Positions 39,161 to 47,470 of a stretch of DNA of 64,000 bases are shown here, piece after piece (position 1 is the first letter of the stretch; each line of letters begins with the position of its first letter). A program made the translations under genes and the position numbers. The stretch comes from a virus (taxonomy: Duplodnaviria; Caudoviricetes): IMG/VR virus record IMGVR_UViG_3300033067_001743, positions 58,496 to 122,495 of that record. One strand, written 5' to 3'. A model generated the notes under the pieces. The model was given only the letters and a program-made list of their open reading frames with translations, was not told where the DNA came from and did no database searches.

Positions 39161-41320
39161 TTAAATTTTCACTATTTTGTAAACCTTTCCGTTTACCCTC
39201 AAAAAGTAAACACCTGATGGTAAATTAGTTATATCTGTGCAGTTACCATCTATCTCAAATTCTGACACTTTCAACCCTCTAACATCATATAACAATGCTT
39301 TTCCAAAAGTATTTGAAAACCTAAATATACCACTTGTTGGATTAGGTGTTATAACATCTGGTTGATCTACAAGGTTTGCAGGTGTTGTAAATATAAAAGT
39401 ATTAGACCAAGTTGAACACTGATTCTTTACTCTCCACTCATATGTCGATGCCGGGGTGAATCCATAAAAATGAACAGTTGGATTTACAAATGAACTTCCT
39501 ATTGTTGAAAAATTAGGTGATCCCGGAAACTTTAACTGAATTTGATATGGTGGATTTCCTGCTTGCCATGAAAATATGGCAGATGTCGATGTAAGACTTG
39601 TGACTTGTAAGTTTATAGGAGCAGGACATCCTGTTCCACCTGAAAGTGTTACAAATTGTACTATTGGGCCATAATTTTGATTACAATCTGGTCTAACCCT
39701 TACCATGTAACTTGTATTTGGTGTAAGATTAGTTAGTGTTAAGGAAGTACTTGGTATCAATCCAAACTCTATCCAGTTAGTTACACTTGAGGCTTTATAT
39801 TGTAGATTATAAGTAGTTACTCCATTTAACGGAGTCCAAAATACCATTGCACTTGTCTGTGTTATGTTTGATGTACTTGGTAAAATTAGTGTATTACATC
39901 CATTACCACCACCTGAACCTGTTGTTGTAAATACTACTGGTACTGTGTAGTTTGAGCAATCTGTTTTAACCTGCCAGTGGTATTGTGTATTTGTAACTAA
40001 TCCAGTAATTGTATAACTTGTATTAAGTCCTACTGATACTGTAGTCCACATTGTCCCTACAACAGGTTTGTATTGAATTGTGTAAGACTGTGATCCGGCT
40101 ACTGCTGACCATTGTATTGTGGCAGTTGTATTTGTTATTCCTGTTGTTTGTAAATTTGTTGGAGCCGCACTTGTTCCTGTTAAACAGGGTGCATTGTTAA
40201 ATTTATTTCGTATTAAATTTCCCGGAACTGGACCAAATCCATTTGCAAAGTTAATCCCATATTGAGTTAAGTGGCAATAACTCATAATAGTTCCACCATT
40301 AACAGGTGTTGGGCCGGGAGGACATCCACCCTCTGTTGGAACACAATTGTCTAATGCTCCATTAGGCCAATTACATGACTGGGTATGCCATGATCCAATA
40401 TTATGACCAAGTTCATGTGTAACTACTTCTACTGACCATGAATATGTTGGTACATTTTGAAATGTAGTGGTTATAGCACTTACTCCAAATGCATAACTTT
40501 TAATACATAAAACATCTACATAGGCAATCCCACCTCCAAGATTTCTTGTACTTAAAAAGTGTGCAAGGTTCCCATTAAAATTAGAGCCTAATGTATTTCT
40601 AAATGCATTTAATACACTTGAGGTGTTGGTGTATGGGATGTATGGGTCTGGTGTATTCCAAACCTTTATTTGGGATATTTGAACTGTTATTTGTTCATTG
40701 GTGTACAACATTGATATTTGATTAAACAATGCTGTTATGTAGTTCACTGTATTTGTAACACTTGAACCTTTGTCTTGGTATAATTTGTAGTCTGCTTCAA
40801 AGTATATTTGAATGGCCTTACAAGCCACTGTAGGCGATTCTGAGACACTTACTGGACTTGGGGCATCCTGAGTATAGCATTCGAATGGAACTGCTCTCTC
40901 AGAGGGTATTAGACGCATTGTGTAAGGTTTAGATTTTTGTCCTGATATTTCATAGTTTCCTGTTTGATCAGAAAAACTACAAATTACATCACCTTTGTAC
41001 ATTGATACAGTTGCCACTGAGTTTGGAAGATTATCAATATTGCCTTGATAAAAGGTTCCTTGTACATCTGTTATAATTTCCCCACTACTTGTCTCTACAA
41101 AAAAATCTTCGGATAATATATCAACCTTATGTAGATTCAAACCAAAACCTTTTCCCGGAATATCTACATGGATATTTGTTGTATTAGTGGTCTTTAGTGT
41201 ATTGGTTGCAATATCATTTACTATACCTGATTTAAAAAGAGGTATGTCTTGGTATATTCTATTTTGAGCACTTAAATTAAGTCCTACTAATATACTCAGT
41301 ATTGATAGTAAATATTTCAT
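39161..41320 (-). CDS. Secreted M12/reprolysin-like Zn metalloprotease with 3 FN3 domains and a T9SS C-terminal sorting domain
   Basis: Signal peptide ending LSA-Q; HELGHNIGSWH; Met-turn TIMSYCH; FN3 repeats; PNPTSG..LYDVRG..DITNLPSGVYFLRV..KIVKI. Confidence 0.88.
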   Translation of the reverse strand: MKYLLSILSILVGLNLSAQNRIYQDIPLFKSGIVNDIATNTLKTTNTTNIHVDIPGKGFGLNLHKVDILSEDFFVETSSGEIITDVQGTFYQGNIDNLPNSVATVSMYKGDVICSFSDQTGNYEISGQKSKPYTMRLIPSERAVPFECYTQDAPSPVSVSESPTVACKAIQIYFEADYKLYQDKGSSVTNTVNYITALFNQISMLYTNEQITVQISQIKVWNTPDPYIPYTNTSSVLNAFRNTLGSNFNGNLAHFLSTRNLGGGIAYVDVLCIKSYAFGVSAITTTFQNVPTYSWSVEVVTHELGHNIGSWHTQSCNWPNGALDNCVPTEGGCPPGPTPVNGGTIMSYCHLTQYGINFANGFGPVPGNLIRNKFNNAPCLTGTSAAPTNLQTTGITNTTATIQWSAVAGSQSYTIQYKPVVGTMWTTVSVGLNTSYTITGLVTNTQYHWQVKTDCSNYTVPVVFTTTGSGGGNGCNTLILPSTSNITQTSAMVFWTPLNGVTTYNLQYKASSVTNWIEFGLIPSTSLTLTNLTPNTSYMVRVRPDCNQNYGPIVQFVTLSGGTGCPAPINLQVTSLTSTSAIFSWQAGNPPYQIQLKFPGSPNFSTIGSSFVNPTVHFYGFTPASTYEWRVKNQCSTWSNTFIFTTPANLVDQPDVITPNPTSGIFRFSNTFGKALLYDVRGLKVSEFEIDGNCTDITNLPSGVYFLRVNGKVYKIVKI

Positions 41321-41350
41321 TTTTTTAATCTCCTTAATTTGGATGTGTAT

Positions 41351-41358
41351 TATAAATA
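41351..41358 (-). promoter_or_regulatory. Late promoter-like motif TATTTATA
   Basis: Upstream of the protease, followed by a TAAGGAG SD. Confidence 0.55.
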
Positions 41359-41377
41359 TCCAAATTAAAAACCTTAA

Positions 41378-41983
41378 CTAATCTATGTCTACTGGCTTTT
41401 TTAGCAAGTATCTTACTATAAAGAAAGTAATTACACATAACAATGCAATAACAAGTTTAATTTGCATATCAGCCAATCTTGGAACCATTATATTTATTCC
41501 AAATATTTTCATATTCCAAAAATGTCCAGTTGGATCATCTGTCCCCATGTAATCCCAGTTGTTTCCGGGAATTATATTAATAAATAATTTTTGTAGGAAT
41601 GCTGATGGAGACACAGCCAAAATAAGCCACCATAATTGTTTTAAAGGCTTTTTGCTTGAGAAGAAGTATGTTCCTGCTATTGCGGTCTGGTGTAAGAAGG
41701 TCCATAAATGAATATCACTAAAATAAAACTTTGGGTGTGCAAACGATAAGCCAAGCATTGTACAACAAAGTATTGATCCAAACATACCTATTAATGATAA
41801 GGCAATAGTCCAATCATTCATACCGGCTATATTTTTGTAGGTATTTTCATACAATTCAAGGAATGTGAATATGGCCAATACAAATAGAACAGGCCATACC
41901 CATGTACTGTTTGCATAGTATAGCCCATTTACAATTCCTGATAACATTCTATTCAGGATGAATATACAATAATTTCTTGTCAT
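41378..41983 (-). CDS. Multi-pass membrane protein
   Basis: About 5 hydrophobic segments. Confidence 0.65.
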   Translation of the reverse strand: MTRNYCIFILNRMLSGIVNGLYYANSTWVWPVLFVLAIFTFLELYENTYKNIAGMNDWTIALSLIGMFGSILCCTMLGLSFAHPKFYFSDIHLWTFLHQTAIAGTYFFSSKKPLKQLWWLILAVSPSAFLQKLFINIIPGNNWDYMGTDDPTGHFWNMKIFGINIMVPRLADMQIKLVIALLCVITFFIVRYLLKKPVDID

Positions 41984-42252
41984 TTCTTATTATCCAAATT
42001 TCTACCTATGTGGTATCCATCACAATAAAGGCATTTATAGTTTGAATAGTAGGTTCCATTTTTATCCATCATCTGCTTTGCCACTCTAACAGCCGTCTTT
42101 TTGGTATTATACATTACTTTTGCTGTTCCATCATCTCTAAAGTGTGATCTTTTAGAACAAAGACCAATTAAATGACCTTTCCATAAATTCTTTATGAACC
42201 TTGATATTGGTAGTTGATCCCTAAAAGCGAGTATTATGTTTTTTAATTTCAT
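41980..42252 (-). CDS. Small Zn-binding-like protein
   Basis: YKCLYCDGYHIG. Confidence 0.55.
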   Translation of the reverse strand: MKLKNIILAFRDQLPISRFIKNLWKGHLIGLCSKRSHFRDDGTAKVMYNTKKTAVRVAKQMMDKNGTYYSNYKCLYCDGYHIGRNLDNKK

Positions 42253-42632
42253 TACTCAAGTGCTTTCCAAAGTCCCCAAGCAACAAACCAGACTAAACTA
42301 ATAAACCAAAGGATTACGGTTAATGTAATCCAATTTTCTTTTGAATCTATTGGTTGTATATCTGCCTCTGATAACTTAAACGTTAACTTTTCCCCAATAA
42401 CTGCATTTGCGTATGCTGTTGGAGTTACTTTAATATCAAAGGTTCGACCATCATTATTTAACACTAAAATAAAATGAGCCTGAACTTTGTACCCAGCACT
42501 CGTTTGTAATTTATGTGTTACTATGCAATCATAATAGTAATCTGTTGTATAGTTTCCTACCTTATAATGATAGGTTACAAATGCCAACAAACATATTAAA
42601 ATTGAAATTGCTAATCCTGTATATTTTTTCAT
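42252..42632 (-). CDS. Two-TM membrane protein
   Basis: N- and C-terminal hydrophobic helices. Confidence 0.6.
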   Translation of the reverse strand: MKKYTGLAISILICLLAFVTYHYKVGNYTTDYYYDCIVTHKLQTSAGYKVQAHFILVLNNDGRTFDIKVTPTAYANAVIGEKLTFKLSEADIQPIDSKENWITLTVILWFISLVWFVAWGLWKALE

Positions 42633-43264
42633 TTTATTAAATTTTTTACTACTGGCTTACTCATCCAGTGTTGATCGGTTTGAACGTGTCCTTTGCGGAC
42701 ATATTTAGCAACATTCTTTTGAAAATCATTATAATGGTAAGATGTTGTATTTCTGACTACATAACCTTCCTGAGTGTTCAAGTCTATTTGCCAACCTTTT
42801 ATCATTTCTAAGTCAAATTGACCTCTATACCAAACAGGTACAAATTTCAATCCAAAGAGGTTACACCACTCAGTAGTGTCATCTACTGATAAACATAGGT
42901 TATCTTGATTGTAGATTGCAAACACATAAAAATAAGTTTCTAATTTATCATAGAAAATACTGTGATGTGCAAAGCAGTTTTCACCAACAATTCTCCAATC
43001 TTCTGGAATATCATTTTTAATTTGACCATGAAGTGATTTAACCCAACTTCTGCTTGGATGATCACCTGAGTAAACTGATCTTGCATGGATGTGATCTTTA
43101 TACATGCTTGTATTTTCGCCATCCAATTTTTCAGTCAGTATAATTTCTTTGCCTGTAAAATTTTCTATTACATCTGACAATGGCATTTCCCTATCATCAT
43201 TTTGAAGTCCGAGACTCCAAGGGAAGTGGAGAGTTTTTCCATATTTATATCGTATAGATGCCAT
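42629..43264 (-). CDS. RNA ligase (compact nucleotidyltransferase domain)
   Basis: KYGKTLHFPWS, TEKLDGEN, GENCF, EGYVVR, AKYVR. Confidence 0.85.
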   Translation of the reverse strand: MASIRYKYGKTLHFPWSLGLQNDDREMPLSDVIENFTGKEIILTEKLDGENTSMYKDHIHARSVYSGDHPSRSWVKSLHGQIKNDIPEDWRIVGENCFAHHSIFYDKLETYFYVFAIYNQDNLCLSVDDTTEWCNLFGLKFVPVWYRGQFDLEMIKGWQIDLNTQEGYVVRNTTSYHYNDFQKNVAKYVRKGHVQTDQHWMSKPVVKNLIK

Positions 43265-43267
43265 TTC

Positions 43268-43984
43268 TTATTTATTTATCAATTGTTTCCATCTATCTTC
43301 ACAGAACCTTAGATAATCTTCCGGTTCAAGGCCATAATTTCCTATTGCCCAACCATCATTAGGTTCAATTAAAAAGGTTAAAGGTTCGCCACCATAATTA
43401 AATACACCAAAATCCAAAGTAAAACTAATATTATCAAGGTTGTCAATTGCAAAATCTACAACCCTTCTAATGTCATATTTATTTGGGAAAATAAAATGAT
43501 CTCCTTTGTAGTGTTTTATGCCAACAACCTTTTTTCGGTTTACATAGACACGCCATTCACTGAATATTGGATCAACTACTTGCTGAACCATCAATTCACC
43601 TGTAAAGTCCCTAAGAACTAATTCTGCATCACTTTTACTCAAGACTTGAGTACCAGTAAATGCTTTAATATCTTTGTAAGGTTTTACAAAAGCGGGCCAT
43701 TCTTCATTCTCCTTTAAAAAGGTTTCAACTTCTGTTGTGTACCACTTTCTTCTCAAAAAAGTGCTAAAAGGTTTTATATCAATGGCACTTGGAACAAGAA
43801 TGTTGTTCTCTTCCATCCATTTCATACACCATTCAACAGAACCAATTAAACAAGTTGCATCTGATCCCGGCATTTTCCAATGTTCACACAATTTATACGA
43901 TTTCCCAACGCTGATACAACCATGAAGTGCTGAGGAACCAAAGTCCCACATAGGAATTTTATTGTTACTTTGAATGTAAATCAT
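43268..43984 (-). CDS. ATP-grasp protein (DUF4343/R2K-like)
   Basis: FVKP..KAFTG, EWRVYV, LDFG, LIEPND..GNYG. Confidence 0.75.
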   Translation of the reverse strand: MIYIQSNNKIPMWDFGSSALHGCISVGKSYKLCEHWKMPGSDATCLIGSVEWCMKWMEENNILVPSAIDIKPFSTFLRRKWYTTEVETFLKENEEWPAFVKPYKDIKAFTGTQVLSKSDAELVLRDFTGELMVQQVVDPIFSEWRVYVNRKKVVGIKHYKGDHFIFPNKYDIRRVVDFAIDNLDNISFTLDFGVFNYGGEPLTFLIEPNDGWAIGNYGLEPEDYLRFCEDRWKQLINK

Positions 43985-44253
43985 TGTTTTTTATTTATGT
44001 CAAATGCTGTTATCACTGTGTAAACTGCTACATCTACCTGTTTACAAACATATACAATGTATTGCTTATAAACCCAGTATACATAACCATTTCTGATGTT
44101 CTTATGAATGTCATGTTCTGGACAATTTACCCTTAGTTTTCTCTTAATTTTTTGTCCGGCTGGTTGGAGTTTAAGGTTATAAGGTTCAGGAATATTTCTT
44201 TGTAATAACCTAACCTTTGAATGATTGGTTAAATTAAAAATTGCCATACTCAC
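43981..44253 (-). CDS. Hypothetical protein (possible BECR-type RNase fold)
   Basis: LTNHSKVRLLQR ... TVITAF. Confidence 0.4.
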   Translation of the reverse strand: MSMAIFNLTNHSKVRLLQRNIPEPYNLKLQPAGQKIKRKLRVNCPEHDIHKNIRNGYVYWVYKQYIVYVCKQVDVAVYTVITAFDINKKQ

Positions 44254-45238
44254 ACTGAAATGTCTTTATTCCAAGTTCACGCCACATCGAAACCACTTGA
44301 TCCCGATCATCGAATACTGCCAGTACATTATAGTTTGGTTCTATGTGATTCCAGTAGATTTCTTCTTTGATGATGCTATCTTTTCGTTTGTCCTCATTCT
44401 TTCTCATCAACAGTTTGTCATATGAAATGCCATTGTCTGATAACCATTGTTGTGTTTCTGATCGACAAAATTCATCTCTACCAGTAACTACAATAATCTT
44501 GTACTTTTTACGTAAAAGATTTATTACTTCCTTGACTGCATAATCACAATCATCTACACGAACCTTTGTCATGTCATAATGGCTCCGCTTTCCGCTGGTG
44601 TGTGCAAGAGTTCCATCTATATCAACGATTACACAATCCCATTTTGTATCATCAAATTTTGGTGGATTGTACTTTCTAATTGATGGTTTTATTGGGGCAA
44701 AATCGTGAGAATCCAGCAATGTAAGGTAATCTTTGTATTGTCTTTCAATTACATCTGCACCAACACTACGTTCTCTTTTTGAGTCACGATCTATTGCTGT
44801 TTGTTTTGGAATATCAAATATTTGATATTCTACTGTTGCAGTATAGCGAACATAATCAGCAATATCCCGGATATATTTCTTTTTTAAGTTTGTAGCATCA
44901 TACAGCACATTGTAACCAGATGCAATTAAGGTTTGAATAACACCTTTAACTTGTAATGTAATAATACTTTCGAGTTTAGAATCCACTACACCTTTATTCT
45001 GCCAAGCATACCTATAATCATCTCGTGATACAATGCACCATTTGTCGTTTTTGGCAACAAACTCCTTACACCAAGTAGATTTACCTGATGCAGAAATTCC
45101 TATCAATATTTTAAGTATTGGCATTTTATTTTTCACTTTGTCTAAGTGATGACCAACAAGGTCTTCTATTTGTTCTTGAACTTCAATCTTTGTTTCAATT
45201 GAGGTTCTGTTTCGAATTCGATCAAAAACGTTATCCAT
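44234..45238 (-). CDS. pseT: Polynucleotide 5'-kinase / 3'-phosphatase
   Basis: GISASGKST, SRDDYR, DATN, HAD motif DIDGTLA, TGR, FDDR..V..WR. Confidence 0.9.
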   Translation of the reverse strand: MDNVFDRIRNRTSIETKIEVQEQIEDLVGHHLDKVKNKMPILKILIGISASGKSTWCKEFVAKNDKWCIVSRDDYRYAWQNKGVVDSKLESIITLQVKGVIQTLIASGYNVLYDATNLKKKYIRDIADYVRYTATVEYQIFDIPKQTAIDRDSKRERSVGADVIERQYKDYLTLLDSHDFAPIKPSIRKYNPPKFDDTKWDCVIVDIDGTLAHTSGKRSHYDMTKVRVDDCDYAVKEVINLLRKKYKIIVVTGRDEFCRSETQQWLSDNGISYDKLLMRKNEDKRKDSIIKEEIYWNHIEPNYNVLAVFDDRDQVVSMWRELGIKTFQCEYGNF

Positions 45239-45255
45239 TTAACATTAATTTTAAG

Positions 45256-45310
45256 CAAAGATACGAACCTTTTAACCTTTGTCAAGACTATTAACAACTT
45301 AATAACATTT
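45256..45310 (-). promoter_or_regulatory. Early host-sigma promoter
   Basis: TGTTAT..TGTTAA, TTGACA, GTTCGTATCTTTG. Confidence 0.75.
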
Positions 45311-45575
45311 AGTTATTGCTTGGCTTAGACCTCATGTAGGCAAATACAGATTGTATTTCCAATACTTGTTTTGCTAAATCCGGCTGTTCTTTAAATAAAG
45401 AATACATCTGATCTTCCCTCATTGGAGATATACTACCATCAGATGAATACTGCCCTATTTGCCCACAATAGACACAAATTGAAATATCACCATCATTAGG
45501 TTCAACCTTTTCATTTTCTAAATTTGTGGCTGCATCCAACAAGTGTTGACAATTACTACATTTATTTACTTTCAT
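45309..45575 (-). CDS. Zn-ribbon protein
   Basis: CSNC ... CVYC. Confidence 0.6.
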   Translation of the reverse strand: MKVNKCSNCQHLLDAATNLENEKVEPNDGDISICVYCGQIGQYSSDGSISPMREDQMYSLFKEQPDLAKQVLEIQSVFAYMRSKPSNN

Positions 45576-45966
45576 ATGTTTTTATTTCGCCTTTATTATA
45601 TCTAATAAACTTTTTTAGTAGTTCCTCATTTGTTAATTTTGTATCATTATCAATTAATGGTATTGTCCAAACAAGATTGATATTTCTTATTATAGCAGGT
45701 TTAACCTCTTCATTAAGATCGTTAGTCCAATAACATTTGTGTAACTCTATTGCTTCATATAAACTATTAGATACTGGTTCCCATCTTCCATTATCATATG
45801 AATCGTAACAGTCTGGTACTTTATTTGAGTCTCTACTTGAATACTCCTCATTTCTCCAAGCATCTGCCACTTCCTTGTTTAGAAAACACATATAACCATC
45901 TGGTCGAGTTCCCCAGTCTCTTTCGTGTTCTATTATTGTGAACACATATGCAAATTTCTTTTCCAT
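45562..45966 (-). CDS. Hypothetical protein
   Basis: EHERDWGTRPDG. Confidence 0.6.
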   Translation of the reverse strand: MEKKFAYVFTIIEHERDWGTRPDGYMCFLNKEVADAWRNEEYSSRDSNKVPDCYDSYDNGRWEPVSNSLYEAIELHKCYWTNDLNEEVKPAIIRNINLVWTIPLIDNDTKLTNEELLKKFIRYNKGEIKTYESK

Positions 45967-45967
45967 C

Positions 45968-46360
45968 TTATACTAATTTTAATTCATCAAATTTCTGCCA
46001 ACACTGATTTACTCCGGTATACCAATGTACCTTTACAAGATTATTCATATTTAATAACCTTTTGTGGGCTGCATATCGGTTATCCTTTAAATATTTACCT
46101 TCTAAAGGTGAGTCTATGGCACAACAACCTGTTATTGTACCTTTATGTCCATTTAACTCAACTACTGAACCTTTTAACTCATAGAAAGGTTTCAGGTCTT
46201 GAATAGACAACCTATTAACTGGCATCTTCTCATTTGTCCAGTCAACCTTCTTAATACTATTAAACCTTACAAAGGTTGTTCTGCCACTTGTAAGGTTCTT
46301 ATAAAAGTAATCATCCATCTTTTCTAAGTATTTTGCCATTTTCGTCAAAAACATAACCAC
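45968..46360 (-). CDS. Hypothetical protein (start uncertain)
   Basis: ORF in the early operon. Confidence 0.55.
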   Translation of the reverse strand: MVMFLTKMAKYLEKMDDYFYKNLTSGRTTFVRFNSIKKVDWTNEKMPVNRLSIQDLKPFYELKGSVVELNGHKGTITGCCAIDSPLEGKYLKDNRYAAHKRLLNMNNLVKVHWYTGVNQCWQKFDELKLV

Positions 46361-46664
46361 CTTCTGCCTCCCACAAGGCTACTATTTCAGTCATATCGTA
46401 ACTCCAAATAGGCTGTGTTCCTCCAACAATTGGTGGTCCCAACTTTTTCTGGTAAACAAAGTAAGAACCTACTGGATATTCTGTTTTACCATCTAAAGGT
46501 TTTAGTTTCCAGCCAAAATTAAAACTTGAGATTATTCTTTCAAGTAAGTCCATTTGTTGAGATTCGCGCAATGCAGCACGATTTTTTATGCGTTCAGTAT
46601 TCTTTTTCATAGTATCAGTTTCTTCTTTAGAAACTAAGGCTAAGAATTTTTCTTTATTGGTCAT
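46311..46664 (-). CDS. Chimeric hypothetical protein
   Basis: N-terminus MTNKEKFLALVSKEETDT..RIKNRAALRESQ with atypical CGN codons. Confidence 0.55.
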   Translation of the reverse strand: MTNKEKFLALVSKEETDTMKKNTERIKNRAALRESQQMDLLERIISSFNFGWKLKPLDGKTEYPVGSYFVYQKKLGPPIVGGTQPIWSYDMTEIVALWEAEGGYVFDENGKILRKDG

Positions 46665-46676
46665 GTTATTTAAGAA

Positions 46677-47045
46677 TTAAATTCCTGCGTGATAGTTTTC
46701 ACAGAGTCCTAACTCATTTTTAATGTTGTGTGGTGCATCTTGAGATGGGTTGTACTCATTGTACTCCCCTATTGTTTCAAAGTACTCAACTTCGATTCCC
46801 ATTCCATCCTTTCTTTCCCATATTTGATATACCCCTTTGTCAATAGTACCTTCTCTACTCCATGCAGTTACATGAACGGCTTTAACAGGTTGCATACTCC
46901 AAGGAGAGTCATTCCAATACCTTAAATCTCTCTTGAATGGAACCTTTTTAACTGAGTAAGGTGCTTGACAATCAAAAAGTGTGATATACTTGTCAAACCT
47001 GATGGTCAACCCGTTAAAGGTTATGTATGGATCAATCTTTTTCAT
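46677..47045 (-). CDS. Hypothetical protein
   Basis: Likely ATG at 47045 (MKKIDP), which avoids overlap. Confidence 0.55.
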   Translation of the reverse strand: MKKIDPYITFNGLTIRFDKYITLFDCQAPYSVKKVPFKRDLRYWNDSPWSMQPVKAVHVTAWSREGTIDKGVYQIWERKDGMGIEVEYFETIGEYNEYNPSQDAPHNIKNELGLCENYHAGI

Positions 47046-47055
47046 AATGAGTGAT

Positions 47056-47322
47056 TTAAGAATTGAATTCGGCAGATTTTTTGAATGCATAAGTAATTGC
47101 ATATAGCACAACTTGGTCTTCGGTTTCATTTCTGATCCCAACTACTGCTCTCAGAAACGAGCAAAGTGAACCAACTGTTTCTATATGATACTGCCAGTCA
47201 TCCACAAAAGAACCATTAACAAAAACAGAATCCCATTTAGCAATTATATCAGTTCCATAATTACCATCAATCAAAGATGTTTTTATGAATTTGCAAATGT
47301 CATTGAATGAAATAAGTTCCAT
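47056..47322 (-). CDS. Hypothetical protein
   Basis: First gene after an early promoter. Confidence 0.6.
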   Translation of the reverse strand: MELISFNDICKFIKTSLIDGNYGTDIIAKWDSVFVNGSFVDDWQYHIETVGSLCSFLRAVVGIRNETEDQVVLYAITYAFKKSAEFNS

Positions 47323-47345
47323 GATGTTTGATGTTAAGTGAGATG

Positions 47346-47400
47346 CAAAGATACGAACTTATTTTGATTTGTCAATAGCATTATCAATTTATTAACAAAA
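47346..47400 (-). promoter_or_regulatory. Early host-sigma promoter
   Basis: TGTTAA..TGATAA, TTGACA, GTTCGTATCTTTG (near copy of the 45256 promoter). Confidence 0.75.
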
Positions 47401-47432
47401 TTGGCCCTACCCAAGTTAATGAGTAGAGCCAA
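47401..47432 (-). terminator. Terminator after the major capsid gene
   Basis: TTGGC.CTAC..GTAG.GCCAA imperfect hairpin plus T-run. Confidence 0.55.
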
Positions 47433-47470
47433 TATATTCTGCGTCAATATTCTGGTATGCTACACTCTAA

